Source: a virus
Strand: one strand, 5' to 3'
IMG/VR virus record: IMGVR_UViG_3300025438_000010
Span: 11,624-75,623 of that record
Length of the DNA: 64,000 nt
Shown: positions 38,501 to 46,700 of the stretch, in pieces
Numbering within the stretch: the first letter of the stretch is position 1
How the letters are laid out: each line of letters begins with the position of its first letter
Made by a program: the position numbers and the translations under genes
Notes under the pieces: generated by a model
Told to the model about the DNA's origin: nothing
Seen by the model: only the letters and a program-made list of their open reading frames with translations
Database searches by the model: none

Positions 38501-41500
38501 CTGCTCAGGAGCAATTAGACCAAGTTGTCAACACGGAAGGTCGTCGTGGTCTTTTTTACACAGACGCTGCGAGTATTCAAGAAAAAGATATTGTCTTTAC
38601 AGAAAGCGGTGTTGGGACTGTCATAAAGAGGCGGGACCTTGAAGACGGGTCCATTGAATTGACTGTTACGTCTTCGCGTGCTGTCCTTGATGCAGATGGT
38701 AACGAAGTAGATCTTCTTACCTCCTACAATAAACTGTCCTCCCAGCCCGATGATGAAATACTTCTTCTTCAACGACCCGCCAAGGACAATGCCCCTCTCC
38801 CCCAGAAAGCTCGCAGTATTGGGTCCTCTGAGATTTCTGACTCTGATTATAACGAATTTGAAGGATTCACTGGGCCAGAAATTGTTGATGAAGAGGATAA
38901 CGAAATTGAGCCTCCCCCCGTCCTTAACATGGCAGTCCCGGGAACTTCTCCAGCAGAGGACGTAAATGCTACCCCAGAGCAGGCAGCCATTATGGATGCT
39001 ATCGCAGAGGGAGTTAAACGCGTTAAGGTTCTAGCATTTGCTGGAAGCGGTAAGACCACCAGTCTTAAGATGGCTGCTAAGTCAATTCTTAAAAAGAACC
39101 CTAAAGCCAAGATTCTTATGGTTATGTTTAATGTCTCTTTGAAGGAAGAGACCTCTGCAAAAATGCCAAAAGGCGTCGAGGTTCGTACCTCTGGATCACT
39201 TGCTTTCCAGGCCTTAGACCCCCAGCTTAAAAACAAACTGAGTAACCAGGCAAATACAGCCAAGTTCCCCGACATGGCCGTTTCCCTCCGGCAGGAAACT
39301 AAAAAGCTCGGCATCCAGGGTCCTCGTAAGCTTACGGTTGATGGCTCAGAAGAAGAATTCAGTGCCACTAGAGTAGCTCGGGAAGTTAAGAGAGCTGCTA
39401 TTAAATTTTCATACAGCTCAGATGATAGAGTTACTGCTGAGCACTTTGGTGATAAATTTGATGAGGTTCCAGCCGAGCTGATTAATTTAGCGCAGAATTA
39501 CTTTGACATGGCTGTATCGCCAAATGGTGATATTAAGCTAGAGAATCACCACATTGTAAAGCTTTGGTCAATGTCCAACCCCGATCTGACAAAGTTTGGC
39601 TCTGGTGTCTGGAACACCGGAGCTCAGTATCTCTTTTTTGATGAGGCGCAAGACATCAACCCAGCCGTGGAAAAAGTTATCACCAACCAGAAAAACTTTG
39701 AGTCTATGGTCTGGGTCGGGGATAGCCGACAGGCTATTTATCAATTTATGGGTGCTGTAGATGCAATCAAGAGGTTCTCTGCCGACCGTGTGCTGGCACT
39801 CACACAGTCGTTCCGCTTCGGGGAAAAAATTGCTGGGATTGCGAATCGTGTGCTCAGTCTTATCGGTGAGCCAAGACGCATTAAAGGCTCCGGCCCGAGC
39901 GGTGAGATTATCGATGGCATGTCTGATCCGACCATTGTTATCAGTCGAACTAACCCTGGTGGCTTGGCCAAGTTGGCTCAGTTTATTGAAGAAGGAAAAG
40001 CTGTCGCCATAGACGAAGACGCACTCATGGAGTACACATCTCTGCTCGACGGTATTGCTTTCCTCAGAGCACGCACTAACAATCCGGGACTAGAGCGCCC
40101 CGCCACACTGCACCCGCAACTTGTTGCATATGACGACTATAGCCAACTCCTTGAGGAGAAAAAAGAGGGAATGCTTGGCGGAGGTGCTTCTGCAATGCTC
40201 AACATTTTGCAGAAGTTCCAAGAGTCTCCTAACGACATCGGAGCTGTGCGTGATCTCATAAATCAGTTCTCCGTGGTTCGAGACATCCCCACTGCAAAGC
40301 GTAGTGAAGACTATAAAGCTCTTGATTACGACGACATTGAGCCCGGAAGTATTGTCCAGGTCAACGCGGAGTCCGAGCAGGCTCGCAGGGGGAACTCCGC
40401 AGCTTACGCCTGGGTGGGAGACGACGGCACAGTTTTTGCCCGAGCTTTTGGATTCAACCGAGGTCAAGGAGCTGCTCAAGAGCGCAAAGCTATGCATGCT
40501 TACTTTAAGTCTCTAGGGTTTAAATGGGACCCAGAGGCAAGCATCCCCGACTCCTTGCGCCAGATAAAAAACTCTAACGGTAAGTCTATGCAGACTCCGC
40601 CCGAGGGGCAGGGTGGAGCATATGTTATGCCCGCCGGGTCTCCCACAAATCTGGACGAAAACGGTCGCTGGATGCTCGCCAATCAAATTAAAAAATACGC
40701 TAATAACTACTTCCAAACTCCAGAAACTCCCATCTCGTTTACCACTGCCCACAGGGCAAAAGGCCGTGAGTGGGATCAAGTTCTAATTGCCGGGGACTTC
40801 CCAAAGCCAGATATGGACGAAGAAAGCCTTGAATGGAAGCTTCCCGATGAGGAGGAGCTAAACCTTATTTACGTAGCAGTCACTCGAGCAATTAAAGGCT
40901 TAGATCTTGGCTCCCTGAGTTGGGTGCTGGAGGAGACCACGGACGACGACGCCGCGTATCGTCAGCCAAGTGCTGAAGAGAGCGTCTTGAACATGGCTAT
41001 TCCTACTAAAAAAGTCAGCAAAGTTGAATTTGTTGAAATGGTAGATGAAGCCGATCAAGCCTTGGCTGCCCAAACCCAGCGGGTTCTGGATGAGATTAAA
41101 ACAGCAATTGCGGACGGGGAAACCCCCCCGTGGGTCGCCCCATGGCAGGCAACAACCAGAAATCAAAATACTACTCCGGGTCGTCTTCCTATAAGTGTTA
41201 CTACCGGTAACGCCTACTCGGGAAGCAATCTTCTTTATCTGCAGGCAGTAGCTAAGAACAACGGTTGGTCAGATAACCGCTGGGCCACCCAGGGCGAAAT
41301 AGATAAGCGCGGGGGCAAAGTAAAAGCAGGTGAGCTCCCCACTAGGATGACTGCTTGGTTGCCCAACTACACCACAATTTTAGATGACGAAGGCAACGAA
41401 CTTGAGACCATTTATTCGGTAAGCCCTCAAGATCACTTTGTATATAACGTTGAGCAAGTAGACGGTCTAAGCAACCTTGGAAATACCCCTAGTGCCGCAT

Positions 41501-43158
41501 CTCTTACCCCTTCAGAAGCAGAAAATGCTATGTTGGCTTCCTACGTAGACGCACCCTCTATTGTTAACCAAGAATCCAGCCCCGAAGACGTCGAAAGCGG
41601 CCGGGCTGCCGCTAACTACCAGCTAACCACGGACACCATCTCTCTGCCTCTCAGGGAAAACTTTCCTTCTAATGAGAAATATTTTGAAGCACTCGCCCAT
41701 GAACTTATTCACTCAACAGGCGCGACTCAGCGACTCAATAGGGAAAGTGTTGCCTTCCCCGGAGGGGTGAGTGCCTACTCCGCTGAGCAGTATGACGAAA
41801 TGAGAGTCGAGGAAGAGTTTATTGCTCAGATTGGTACAGCTATTCTGGCCTCCCGGTTAGGGGTTAGCCTAGATATTCCAAACTTGGCTTCTTACATGAA
41901 AGCCTGGCAAGATGTGTACAGTGACGACCCAGACCGCCTTGTGCGAGCAGCCAGAAAAGCTCAGGATGCTGCTGATTACATTCTTCGAGGCGGTGGCGGA
42001 GGCTCCGCGTCAGCCCCTGAGGCCGCCCCGCTAGATGATTTTCTTGTCTCCTCTACTGGCTGGCAGCTAGCCGTTCCCACAGAGCGTTTTAACATGGCTA
42101 TCCCGTCGGAAGACACAACTCCGGAAAAACTAAAGAGTGAAGTTTCCGAAACTAAGACTAAAGCTCAAGAAATTTCTGAAAAAGTGACCAACATGGTTGT
42201 ACAGGCCATTGAAGATGGAAAGGAGCTTCCATGGAACAAGCCGTGGACAAGCGACAACATTTTCTCGATGCCCTACAGCGTGACCTCAAATAAGCCCTAC
42301 CGAGGATCTAACATTGTTTCCTTGTGGGTAGCGGCGGCAGTAAACGACTGGGAAGATAATCGCTGGATTACTTTCAACGAAGCCAAAAAGCGTGGTGGGT
42401 CCGTCAAAAAGGGCTCCAAAGGCACTCAAATTGTTAACTGGAGCCCAGTCAAGAAGAACGTAGAACAGCCAGACGGAAGCATGAAAGAGGAAGTAGCCTT
42501 TATGCGGCCCTCAGTCTACACTGTGTTCAACGTGGAGCAGACAGAGGGTGTGCAAGACCTCCCCGAGCCCGAGTTGATGGAGCCAGTGCCGATTCTAGAG
42601 GCAGAAACTGCTGTCCTCGATCGGTACAAAGATGCGCCTCCTATTAGCAATAAGCTTCAAGATGCCGCCTTCTGGCGTCCCTCAACAGACGAAATTGTTA
42701 TGCCGCTTCGGGAACAATTTAGTGATGTAGGAGAGTACATCGCTACCCTATTTCACGAACTTACCCACAGTACCGGGCACAAGAATCGGCTAGACCGTAG
42801 TGACCTTGGCGATAAGTATTCAACACACCTTGATGCTCGAGGAGAGGAGGAGCTTGTTGCCGAAATAGGCTCTGCTATTCTTGCCGCCCGCATGGGAATA
42901 GAGCTAGACCTCACTCGAACAGCTGGTTACGCACAGTCCTGGTTGCGCCCTTTGAAGAATGATCCCGACATGATAACCAAGGCAGCTCAGAAGGCGCAGG
43001 CTGCAGTAGACTACATTCTCGGAGACTCCCCCTACCGGGGAGAATCCGGTCGGACTGGTGAGGAGCGTGCAGCGGACCTAGAGGCCCCTGAAGCAAATGC
43101 CGAGCCCACTGCCCCAAACCTAGGAGAGCAGGGAGTACCTGGAGATAGCAATGATTGA
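29575..43158 (+). CDS. 4527-aa polyvalent protein: repeats, DEDDh exonuclease, SF1 (UvrD-like) helicase, two ArdC (ssDNA-binding plus zincin) modules
   Basis: FLDFES/FNADFD/HNAEID; AFAGSGKT/DEAQD/GDSRQAIY/SFRFG/HRAKGRE/YVAVTRA; PWVAPW...HELIH and PWNKPW...HELTH. Confidence 0.9.
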   Translation: MSDNIPVSPLNYHGSFEDENNQIIDAALEFAHDANQGYTGTRVATDGVVLDVARRTLRELDNHPFSVRKHLTLTDVSHFIVLLQKDKAVTASVQHTDLLPVAHPRSSAEHELSNQDLFAAKARWIADDPSIKDEETRAMVASMLTAPEGSAEREYYATRLENSPQGAIPVRALIAAFTGGLGANKGYWMRQRRDRKGRFAFEGGGLSVLVKGSTGAVRRLTGRTVGPGVGEKNDYFDMEVSPGSLVRVPASATESSKAYLPSPNAPDGYSPQKARVQAGDPVIDEKDLIRPDAPSGFNKVADGADVDSPEEKEYYGEDADFGTVYEDENYTVRQFDSGSSPVARDNFNLAQEAEQSCGLTAAGEGDNCPIKTSGAGENGSFDPEKPVLFVSRTDDASNPDIFAASQSWADTLDYIRQDEPRYEAEDRPAPYIKLGDPSRRDNLDPTRREEGPRGPDNRRVDPHGFIIPDKPGLIDGGGRVRPDGTRELLEGRRPDSYPMRIPLPGPWNPRIPGTGRRPRPGGGRAPGGGGRSPGTGRRWGSNGPNEGHAPYPIPGRRVYPGEIADMRVGSEMEQYLGGFLSTLFGTAKKRQLRKTGADEWVDLETGETYTNDQVSEMAATSGKDSSPFTGLATGPEVRPGTFTKMMSGSLFSELPTGSELNDHLRLFNVMTQFRKVGYNQWRRWDGKIFTDAEVQKKSGTMQIDRVGEFGPGRPPGGEVSGESSKPRLPRGPLTPEELAELRPGSLISIPGEDDQPPRFFVKVGENDWREIDPENFTSDPAVSFTDEDILNMGKDITLEKEPEAYEQGQLGMRPSDLSPEALENLPEGTVVGTSDEEIDNLNIPRQPYATEEAYQAALEEAKEFYRRNRWRKRGPNEWVNDFGEFATDADIADGKKTPGLIISLGDEVSTPEGYYDLNREELYTPTGGAEGQTSPDFTDDPAELAQRFSEEELQAALKEALENPNGFGYLEFAEGDEPVPAEALYYALVRKLGVDVADKFVSVVYGEGRAFDAETELAREFPDILSDDPGKRQAALIEAWNTQWGRSKFALDRDGNFTVTGKDNDSIATQYLLDKIRAEEWGQEFLNDFQEEYGEVLNDRTKAAIKDLFKAYPGLESSDPKEREAAVLRALDDLISDDEYVADEDGNIVEVSPKTALTKLLWDMAQEFIGGTSAPTGRKEEGNLPSVIEGASEEEKAEFDKTGDPTPFLPKDNPESFENVWNNYYNPLPEPYDPKDGPDQINPVNLARKFTPDQLKEQLREAILDGSGYGVVAFEGPSGEPIEFRVPAEALRDALQLQGEDANAFIQDIFNENLSPAKQVQKLIDEIADLKARRDAETNSTEKGKLTRQINKKTAEIGMRYKAIVALKKREAQLDRLSKQSSLSDEERQQVLDKLEQVRARREQEEGIFNGDLEQGESMTPFEENVDAELEKFDFEQASTRTPVEPPAAESPETVEKDKPKPVVSYKRVGNKVFIRQRTGRVITNNPEFKEFIKENGFVYDSKVDKVFEISEMDDTEFNEFMRTVRDRFGISLEPEKGQEAIDFDASPSPTPRPVPSPAEFGKSPNSASIIESLQRRIADIQEFVRKKVVPLLRSDKSDESRQGQQLNRRAENITRKLKNRISRHQDEAPVGKDARDPRVLNIRPTDYQVGDVFVDDLFTVDRIEVSEPITDRQSPYFGEREIVYFGHYPGGVEQMKKRPENFRTDGVYRGLGSPAGGDLPALNSPKGEEYLPEAARNQPRGNLEQIEREPLDGRERRNLYGPKQRDFPEEHDKFLRDYEKYEADLAERRASWSPPAPSGETRPTTTSEGQGAPTPGPRPKIVTGSDEAQNLKPGDITYRENPDGSLEFFVVQTVENRKVKTGTKTVTQEAPEAPQVVDTETAQSALDEAVRRYPELGEDDPARRKRAYAKLIGEFYAEAQQAGEARKEGKDYVPLEGPLGERFGWLLSQRERVVAGEPLSVEEVVPGEPREIEEDVFEEKTFVTGYHPGHEIQEKSWSPQTTINYVRGETGLPPAGDKPAVPGKTDIYASTSNKAERARLLAERESTLSESSKLYALDSAAKVNAVPSKVKNPNSFVMIGKFVPAFFGKKILDLVRGKTGKEIKEELKSKRVVFLDFESVGKGFDRRNPDAPIQVAAVVYENGQETGRKVLFINPGERLGGYYYEAYPKKDQDAAPGDVTPGKLPDGSRVGQIVGDELITYTRQGARWVNDANSEDVLNTTQLKTRSSETLKLNEEGQPTLRGNRLRDSDGNPITDEFLSSQKGLEESFRELIDFIGEDAYLSAFNADFDINLLDSFAERLGLDFRSDGFIDPLALARALNPDDSVPNNLPSVATRYGIIRDPDDWHNAEIDVEVLPDLLDKMLDEVTPDNSVLDADKRAAEYENGIRRYFEQLDQWEAQEGITPRSPAPVEAQEEPTPTPTPTPAPAPAPQGEDTSSDQEIDAMGIGANPRSIFGDTINEEWIADEENTIVVANSASNVRDLRIGDFFGDQNGEYNELLVVETDPITGRETFTYRNVNTGEIFRAFGAPGSQARVGTDQMPLRRRSELDGLSNAEILGLLNNRARRDSLNMAVPEVQFEDGASRAVSKAIDDFINEGRGDASVSDGLPARETSAMHTDKNGFALAVDDLVYNPKTGTTHKVTQTYPTYSKNEYVNYVRISFINSKGQADSKPMASDKLELINPPAQEEALSPLSDVFGEQVVIGGKKEKPRDPILIARTIERLMGYLNPGPGYIRPIGNAIKAAIKAYRNNDFASAERFAGAAVDYADSIEAPKITVEDIKNQVADRARGLAGLIQLPETGPAPREAFAEAVGLYNTGKYAQARRKLDTVEDLLWNEAEEARQSAGRSPQTAVKKFIDGVGELESAIDAPLTREYFARLLRDAQRKDYDFENKEGIIQEALQAIRDGFIIPGYQVLERLARTRERQLDQKNPKRRKLGEESYTQRLTAEINSDVAEKPGSSADELAETGTPEEAAQEQLDQVVNTEGRRGLFYTDAASIQEKDIVFTESGVGTVIKRRDLEDGSIELTVTSSRAVLDADGNEVDLLTSYNKLSSQPDDEILLLQRPAKDNAPLPQKARSIGSSEISDSDYNEFEGFTGPEIVDEEDNEIEPPPVLNMAVPGTSPAEDVNATPEQAAIMDAIAEGVKRVKVLAFAGSGKTTSLKMAAKSILKKNPKAKILMVMFNVSLKEETSAKMPKGVEVRTSGSLAFQALDPQLKNKLSNQANTAKFPDMAVSLRQETKKLGIQGPRKLTVDGSEEEFSATRVAREVKRAAIKFSYSSDDRVTAEHFGDKFDEVPAELINLAQNYFDMAVSPNGDIKLENHHIVKLWSMSNPDLTKFGSGVWNTGAQYLFFDEAQDINPAVEKVITNQKNFESMVWVGDSRQAIYQFMGAVDAIKRFSADRVLALTQSFRFGEKIAGIANRVLSLIGEPRRIKGSGPSGEIIDGMSDPTIVISRTNPGGLAKLAQFIEEGKAVAIDEDALMEYTSLLDGIAFLRARTNNPGLERPATLHPQLVAYDDYSQLLEEKKEGMLGGGASAMLNILQKFQESPNDIGAVRDLINQFSVVRDIPTAKRSEDYKALDYDDIEPGSIVQVNAESEQARRGNSAAYAWVGDDGTVFARAFGFNRGQGAAQERKAMHAYFKSLGFKWDPEASIPDSLRQIKNSNGKSMQTPPEGQGGAYVMPAGSPTNLDENGRWMLANQIKKYANNYFQTPETPISFTTAHRAKGREWDQVLIAGDFPKPDMDEESLEWKLPDEEELNLIYVAVTRAIKGLDLGSLSWVLEETTDDDAAYRQPSAEESVLNMAIPTKKVSKVEFVEMVDEADQALAAQTQRVLDEIKTAIADGETPPWVAPWQATTRNQNTTPGRLPISVTTGNAYSGSNLLYLQAVAKNNGWSDNRWATQGEIDKRGGKVKAGELPTRMTAWLPNYTTILDDEGNELETIYSVSPQDHFVYNVEQVDGLSNLGNTPSAASLTPSEAENAMLASYVDAPSIVNQESSPEDVESGRAAANYQLTTDTISLPLRENFPSNEKYFEALAHELIHSTGATQRLNRESVAFPGGVSAYSAEQYDEMRVEEEFIAQIGTAILASRLGVSLDIPNLASYMKAWQDVYSDDPDRLVRAARKAQDAADYILRGGGGGSASAPEAAPLDDFLVSSTGWQLAVPTERFNMAIPSEDTTPEKLKSEVSETKTKAQEISEKVTNMVVQAIEDGKELPWNKPWTSDNIFSMPYSVTSNKPYRGSNIVSLWVAAAVNDWEDNRWITFNEAKKRGGSVKKGSKGTQIVNWSPVKKNVEQPDGSMKEEVAFMRPSVYTVFNVEQTEGVQDLPEPELMEPVPILEAETAVLDRYKDAPPISNKLQDAAFWRPSTDEIVMPLREQFSDVGEYIATLFHELTHSTGHKNRLDRSDLGDKYSTHLDARGEEELVAEIGSAILAARMGIELDLTRTAGYAQSWLRPLKNDPDMITKAAQKAQAAVDYILGDSPYRGESGRTGEERAADLEAPEANAEPTAPNLGEQGVPGDSND

Positions 43159-43297
43159 AAACTTTCTAGACAAAAAATCGGTTGAAGACTACTATTATAT
43201 TGTGGACAGTGCTTTCTATGACGGAACTGCTGCAGAAGACGTAGAGTCCGATAAAAAGTACGCTGAAGAGAATCCCGAAAAGGCGGAGGATTTATAA
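43151..43297 (+). CDS. 48-aa acidic protein
   Basis: Own translation MIENFLDKKSVEDYYYIVDS...; GGAG RBS. Confidence 0.5.
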   Translation: MIENFLDKKSVEDYYYIVDSAFYDGTAAEDVESDKKYAEENPEKAEDL

Positions 43298-43455
43298 TGG
43301 ATAAAGATAAAACACCCACAATGTGGACTGAAGAGATCCTTGAAAAGTATCTCCGAGTAATCGAGCTAGCCGAAGTAGACCCAAATGTTCTTCAAGAAAG
43401 AGCAGATGCTGTTGTACCCATAGAGTTGCCAGAAGGAGAGAAGCCCCGTGAGTGA
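43297..43455 (+). CDS. 52-aa acidic protein
   Basis: Own translation MDKDKTPTMWTEEILEKYL...; GGAGG RBS, TAATG coupling. Confidence 0.55.
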   Translation: MDKDKTPTMWTEEILEKYLRVIELAEVDPNVLQERADAVVPIELPEGEKPRE

Positions 43456-43732
43456 TTCTCCTGAAGAAAAATTAACAGATCATATGTACATTATTTATGA
43501 CGCTCCCACGGGTCAAGTCACCCAGGTTAAGTACGAAACAGCTGCGCACGGGCTGTGGACCAGAATTCAAGGGGAGTGGCGGGAATTAGCTTTAGAAGAT
43601 GAGAGCGAAGATTTTATGGAGCGCAGAGAAATTGCTGGAAAAAACTACCTAGAAACTCGTGACTATTTTGACGACCAAACCGAGCAAAAGATACTTACCT
43701 ACGAGCCAGAGTACAGGATGTGGTTTGCTTAA
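43448..43732 (+). CDS. 94-aa acidic hypothetical protein
   Basis: AAGGAG RBS, coupled on both sides. Confidence 0.6.
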   Translation: MSDSPEEKLTDHMYIIYDAPTGQVTQVKYETAAHGLWTRIQGEWRELALEDESEDFMERREIAGKNYLETRDYFDDQTEQKILTYEPEYRMWFA

Positions 43733-46700
43733 TGATTGAGCTCTTAGGGCATAGAGGCAATAGAGTCTTATTCGACGATGACGGATATGGCGTCATTATC
43801 GACGCCCAAGAAAACACTGTAGTCGAGTACGGAGAGACCGACTCTTTGGTTGCCTCGGCAGACTGGAGCTCCTCTACGGAGTCAGGGAATTATGCACTTG
43901 CAGAAGAGCTGGCTTCTGCCGCGCTTACTGATTTAGATATAAATGTACTCTCAGCCAATGACCGTATGTACACCATCCCCGCCGGTGTGAAAGAAGAGGC
44001 AAAAAGAGGACTTAAGTGGCGCAAAGAGGAAAGCCGTGGAGGCACTAGCGTTGGCCTGAATACCGCCCGGACTTTGGCAAAAGGTGGCCAAATTGGGATT
44101 AAAAAAGTTAGGCACATTGCTAAATATTTTCCACGGCATGAGGTTGATAAAAAAGGTAAAGGCTACAAGCCCAAAGAAGACGGGTACCCCAGCAATGGTC
44201 GTATTGCATGGGCACTTTGGGGAGGCGACTCCGGTAAGAGCTGGGCCTCAAGGATTGTAGAAAGCGAAGACAAAAAAAATAAAAAAGGTGTCTCCGCCGG
44301 GGGGTATGACCAGAGCCCTAGGGTAGATTTCTCTGCTTTTACAGAAAAAACAGATTTTTATGTACGAATTAGATTAGATGGAACCGGCATTGACAGGCTT
44401 TATCGCGTTCTGACAGACGGCATGTGCCAAGTTTGGGACGACGGCTGCTGGGACGATATGGGCGATATTTCGTTTGACTTTATCACCTATGACAAAGCCC
44501 TGGACGACCCCTACGACTCCTGTAAAAAAATTCATGTTCCCGTAGACCTTAAAACAGCTGTAGCCGTTTCTGCTTTGTTTGACAGTGACCCCTACAGAGC
44601 TGTGAAAATAGTAGAAATTGAGCCAGAGGAAACAACCCTATTTGAAAAATCCATGGCTGAGCTTGACTGGGATGTTTTTGACCAGCTAAGTGATGACCAG
44701 CTTGAGGTAGACGACTACTGGGACGACGGTCTTACAGCTTCAGGAACAGCTACTTTTGCAGAAGAAGCTGACAGTACCCCGGGTGTCTACACCGAAGAGG
44801 AGCGCTCCGAGAACGCCTCGACTCAGGTTAGAGACCGTCTTGGTCGCTTTGCCGAGGTGGGCCAGCGAGTTGTTATTGGTGGGAACTACAACTACCAGGG
44901 AAACATTACAGCACTAGACGGAGCCACAAAGCAGATTAGTGTCGAACTAGACAACGGCACGTCTGTTGATGTGCCGGGGGACTCTGTGCAGGATGTCTCC
45001 ACTTTTGAACCAATCCCAGTGTCTAGTCCTACTGCCACTCCTTTGGATTACACAGGAATCCTCGGAGAGCCCAGAGTTCCCATCGACCAGCCCAATGCCA
45101 TGCTGCCTGGACGCCTCCCCCCTCTCACCGCAACTGACACAAATCTTCTGGTAAACGACTGGGATTCCTGGGTTGCGGGGCAGCGGCTAGCCCCTGAATA
45201 CTCAGGCGACCCCCTCCCTCCTTTTGTTCCCAAAGAGGTTCCTGATATTAATACGGCTATGGGGCGCTACTACGAGGGAGCATTTAATCCTGACGGATCC
45301 ACCAAACCTGGTTGGAACCCCGCAGTGGCGCAGAACGTATTTAACGAACCGCTTCTACGCGACTGGCTAGATGAGCGGTACGCCAACAATTCTGGGGAAA
45401 TCGGGTACCACAACCGTGGTTGGTATACGCCTCCTGTAACGCCAAGGTCCACGCCTGTTGAGCAAAAAAAGACTCGTAGTGAGGTATACGACCCCACCAA
45501 CGTGGCCTACTGGAATGATAGATTTAATCCAGTTAACTTCTCTATTACCGCTGCTGCTGACGATAAGCCCCTAACTCCCGAAACAAGTGATGTTCCGGTC
45601 ATGTACCTGGCTATTGTAGCTGACGACGACCCCCAGGCGGTTATGGAGCTTGTAGCGTTGGTGCCTGCGTCAAAAACAAGCAACGCTCCTTTCGCGTACA
45701 AGCGTGAGCCCGGCAAGTGGGTTGCTGATAACCAGATTATCTCTGATCTTAGAAGTGCAACACCACCCCCCGTAATTGTCCTTGACAACGAAATGCTTTC
45801 AGAAGTCACTGAGCAGATTGATAGTATACAAGCCTCTGTGAAGCTTCCCTACTTTATTGCCCACACAGACAACAAGATTATTCGGGCATTAGTAGCCGCC
45901 GGTGGAGCTGACCGCAACCGTGGCAACGCTGAAAAGCTTCGCAGGTACTGGACTGTTGGCAAAGGCGGATTGAAAATTCGCTGGAACACTCCTGGTGATT
46001 GGACTCGGTGTAACCGCCAACTTAAGAAGTACATGGGTCCCCGTGCAAAAGGCTACTGCGCTCTCCGCCACAAAGAGATGACAGGTGTCTGGCCTGGAGA
46101 TAAGAAAAATATTGGTAAGAAAACCAAGAAAGCACTGAAAGCATCTGCTGAACTAGAAACACTTAAATCTGAAGACCAGATTATTTCTGAATTTACTTTA
46201 AGAGCTAAGGCCGAGTCCGCCAGGTCACGAGTTGCTGGGAGGCACGGAGTTTCTCCAACTCTGCACGGCCTTGAGTTTGTAATCCCCCTCGTCATCCCTG
46301 AAAACGTAGAAACGGGGGATGGACGTATATTTAAAAAAGGATCGATCACCCTAAGAAGTCTTCCTCTGCCTCTTCTATGGCAGATTAAAACAGGGGACGG
46401 CCATGACGGGTCCGTTGTGGTTGGTCAAATTATTTATATGGAAAGAACTAATGAAGGCATAGGAAATGCCTATGGAGTTTTTGATACAGGACCCTTCGCT
46501 AAAGAAGCAGAGCGTTTAGTTCGTCATGGGTTTATTCGTGGGGTTTCTGCGGACATGGATAAATTTGAAACTGTAGACGAAATTCTCCCTGAAGACGAAG
46601 CCGGAGAGAAGTCAGATGATGACAACGCCGGTAAAATAAATATAAAGAGCGCCCGTGTGATGGCTGTAACTATTGTCCCTAAACCAGCTTTCCAAGAGTG

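Noticed and set aside
34490-38700. Intein/Hint domains suggested by 'L.vGD' motifs in the giant protein
   Set aside because: No N-terminal Cys block or C-terminal HN-(C/S/T) seen; more likely small SH3-like barrels
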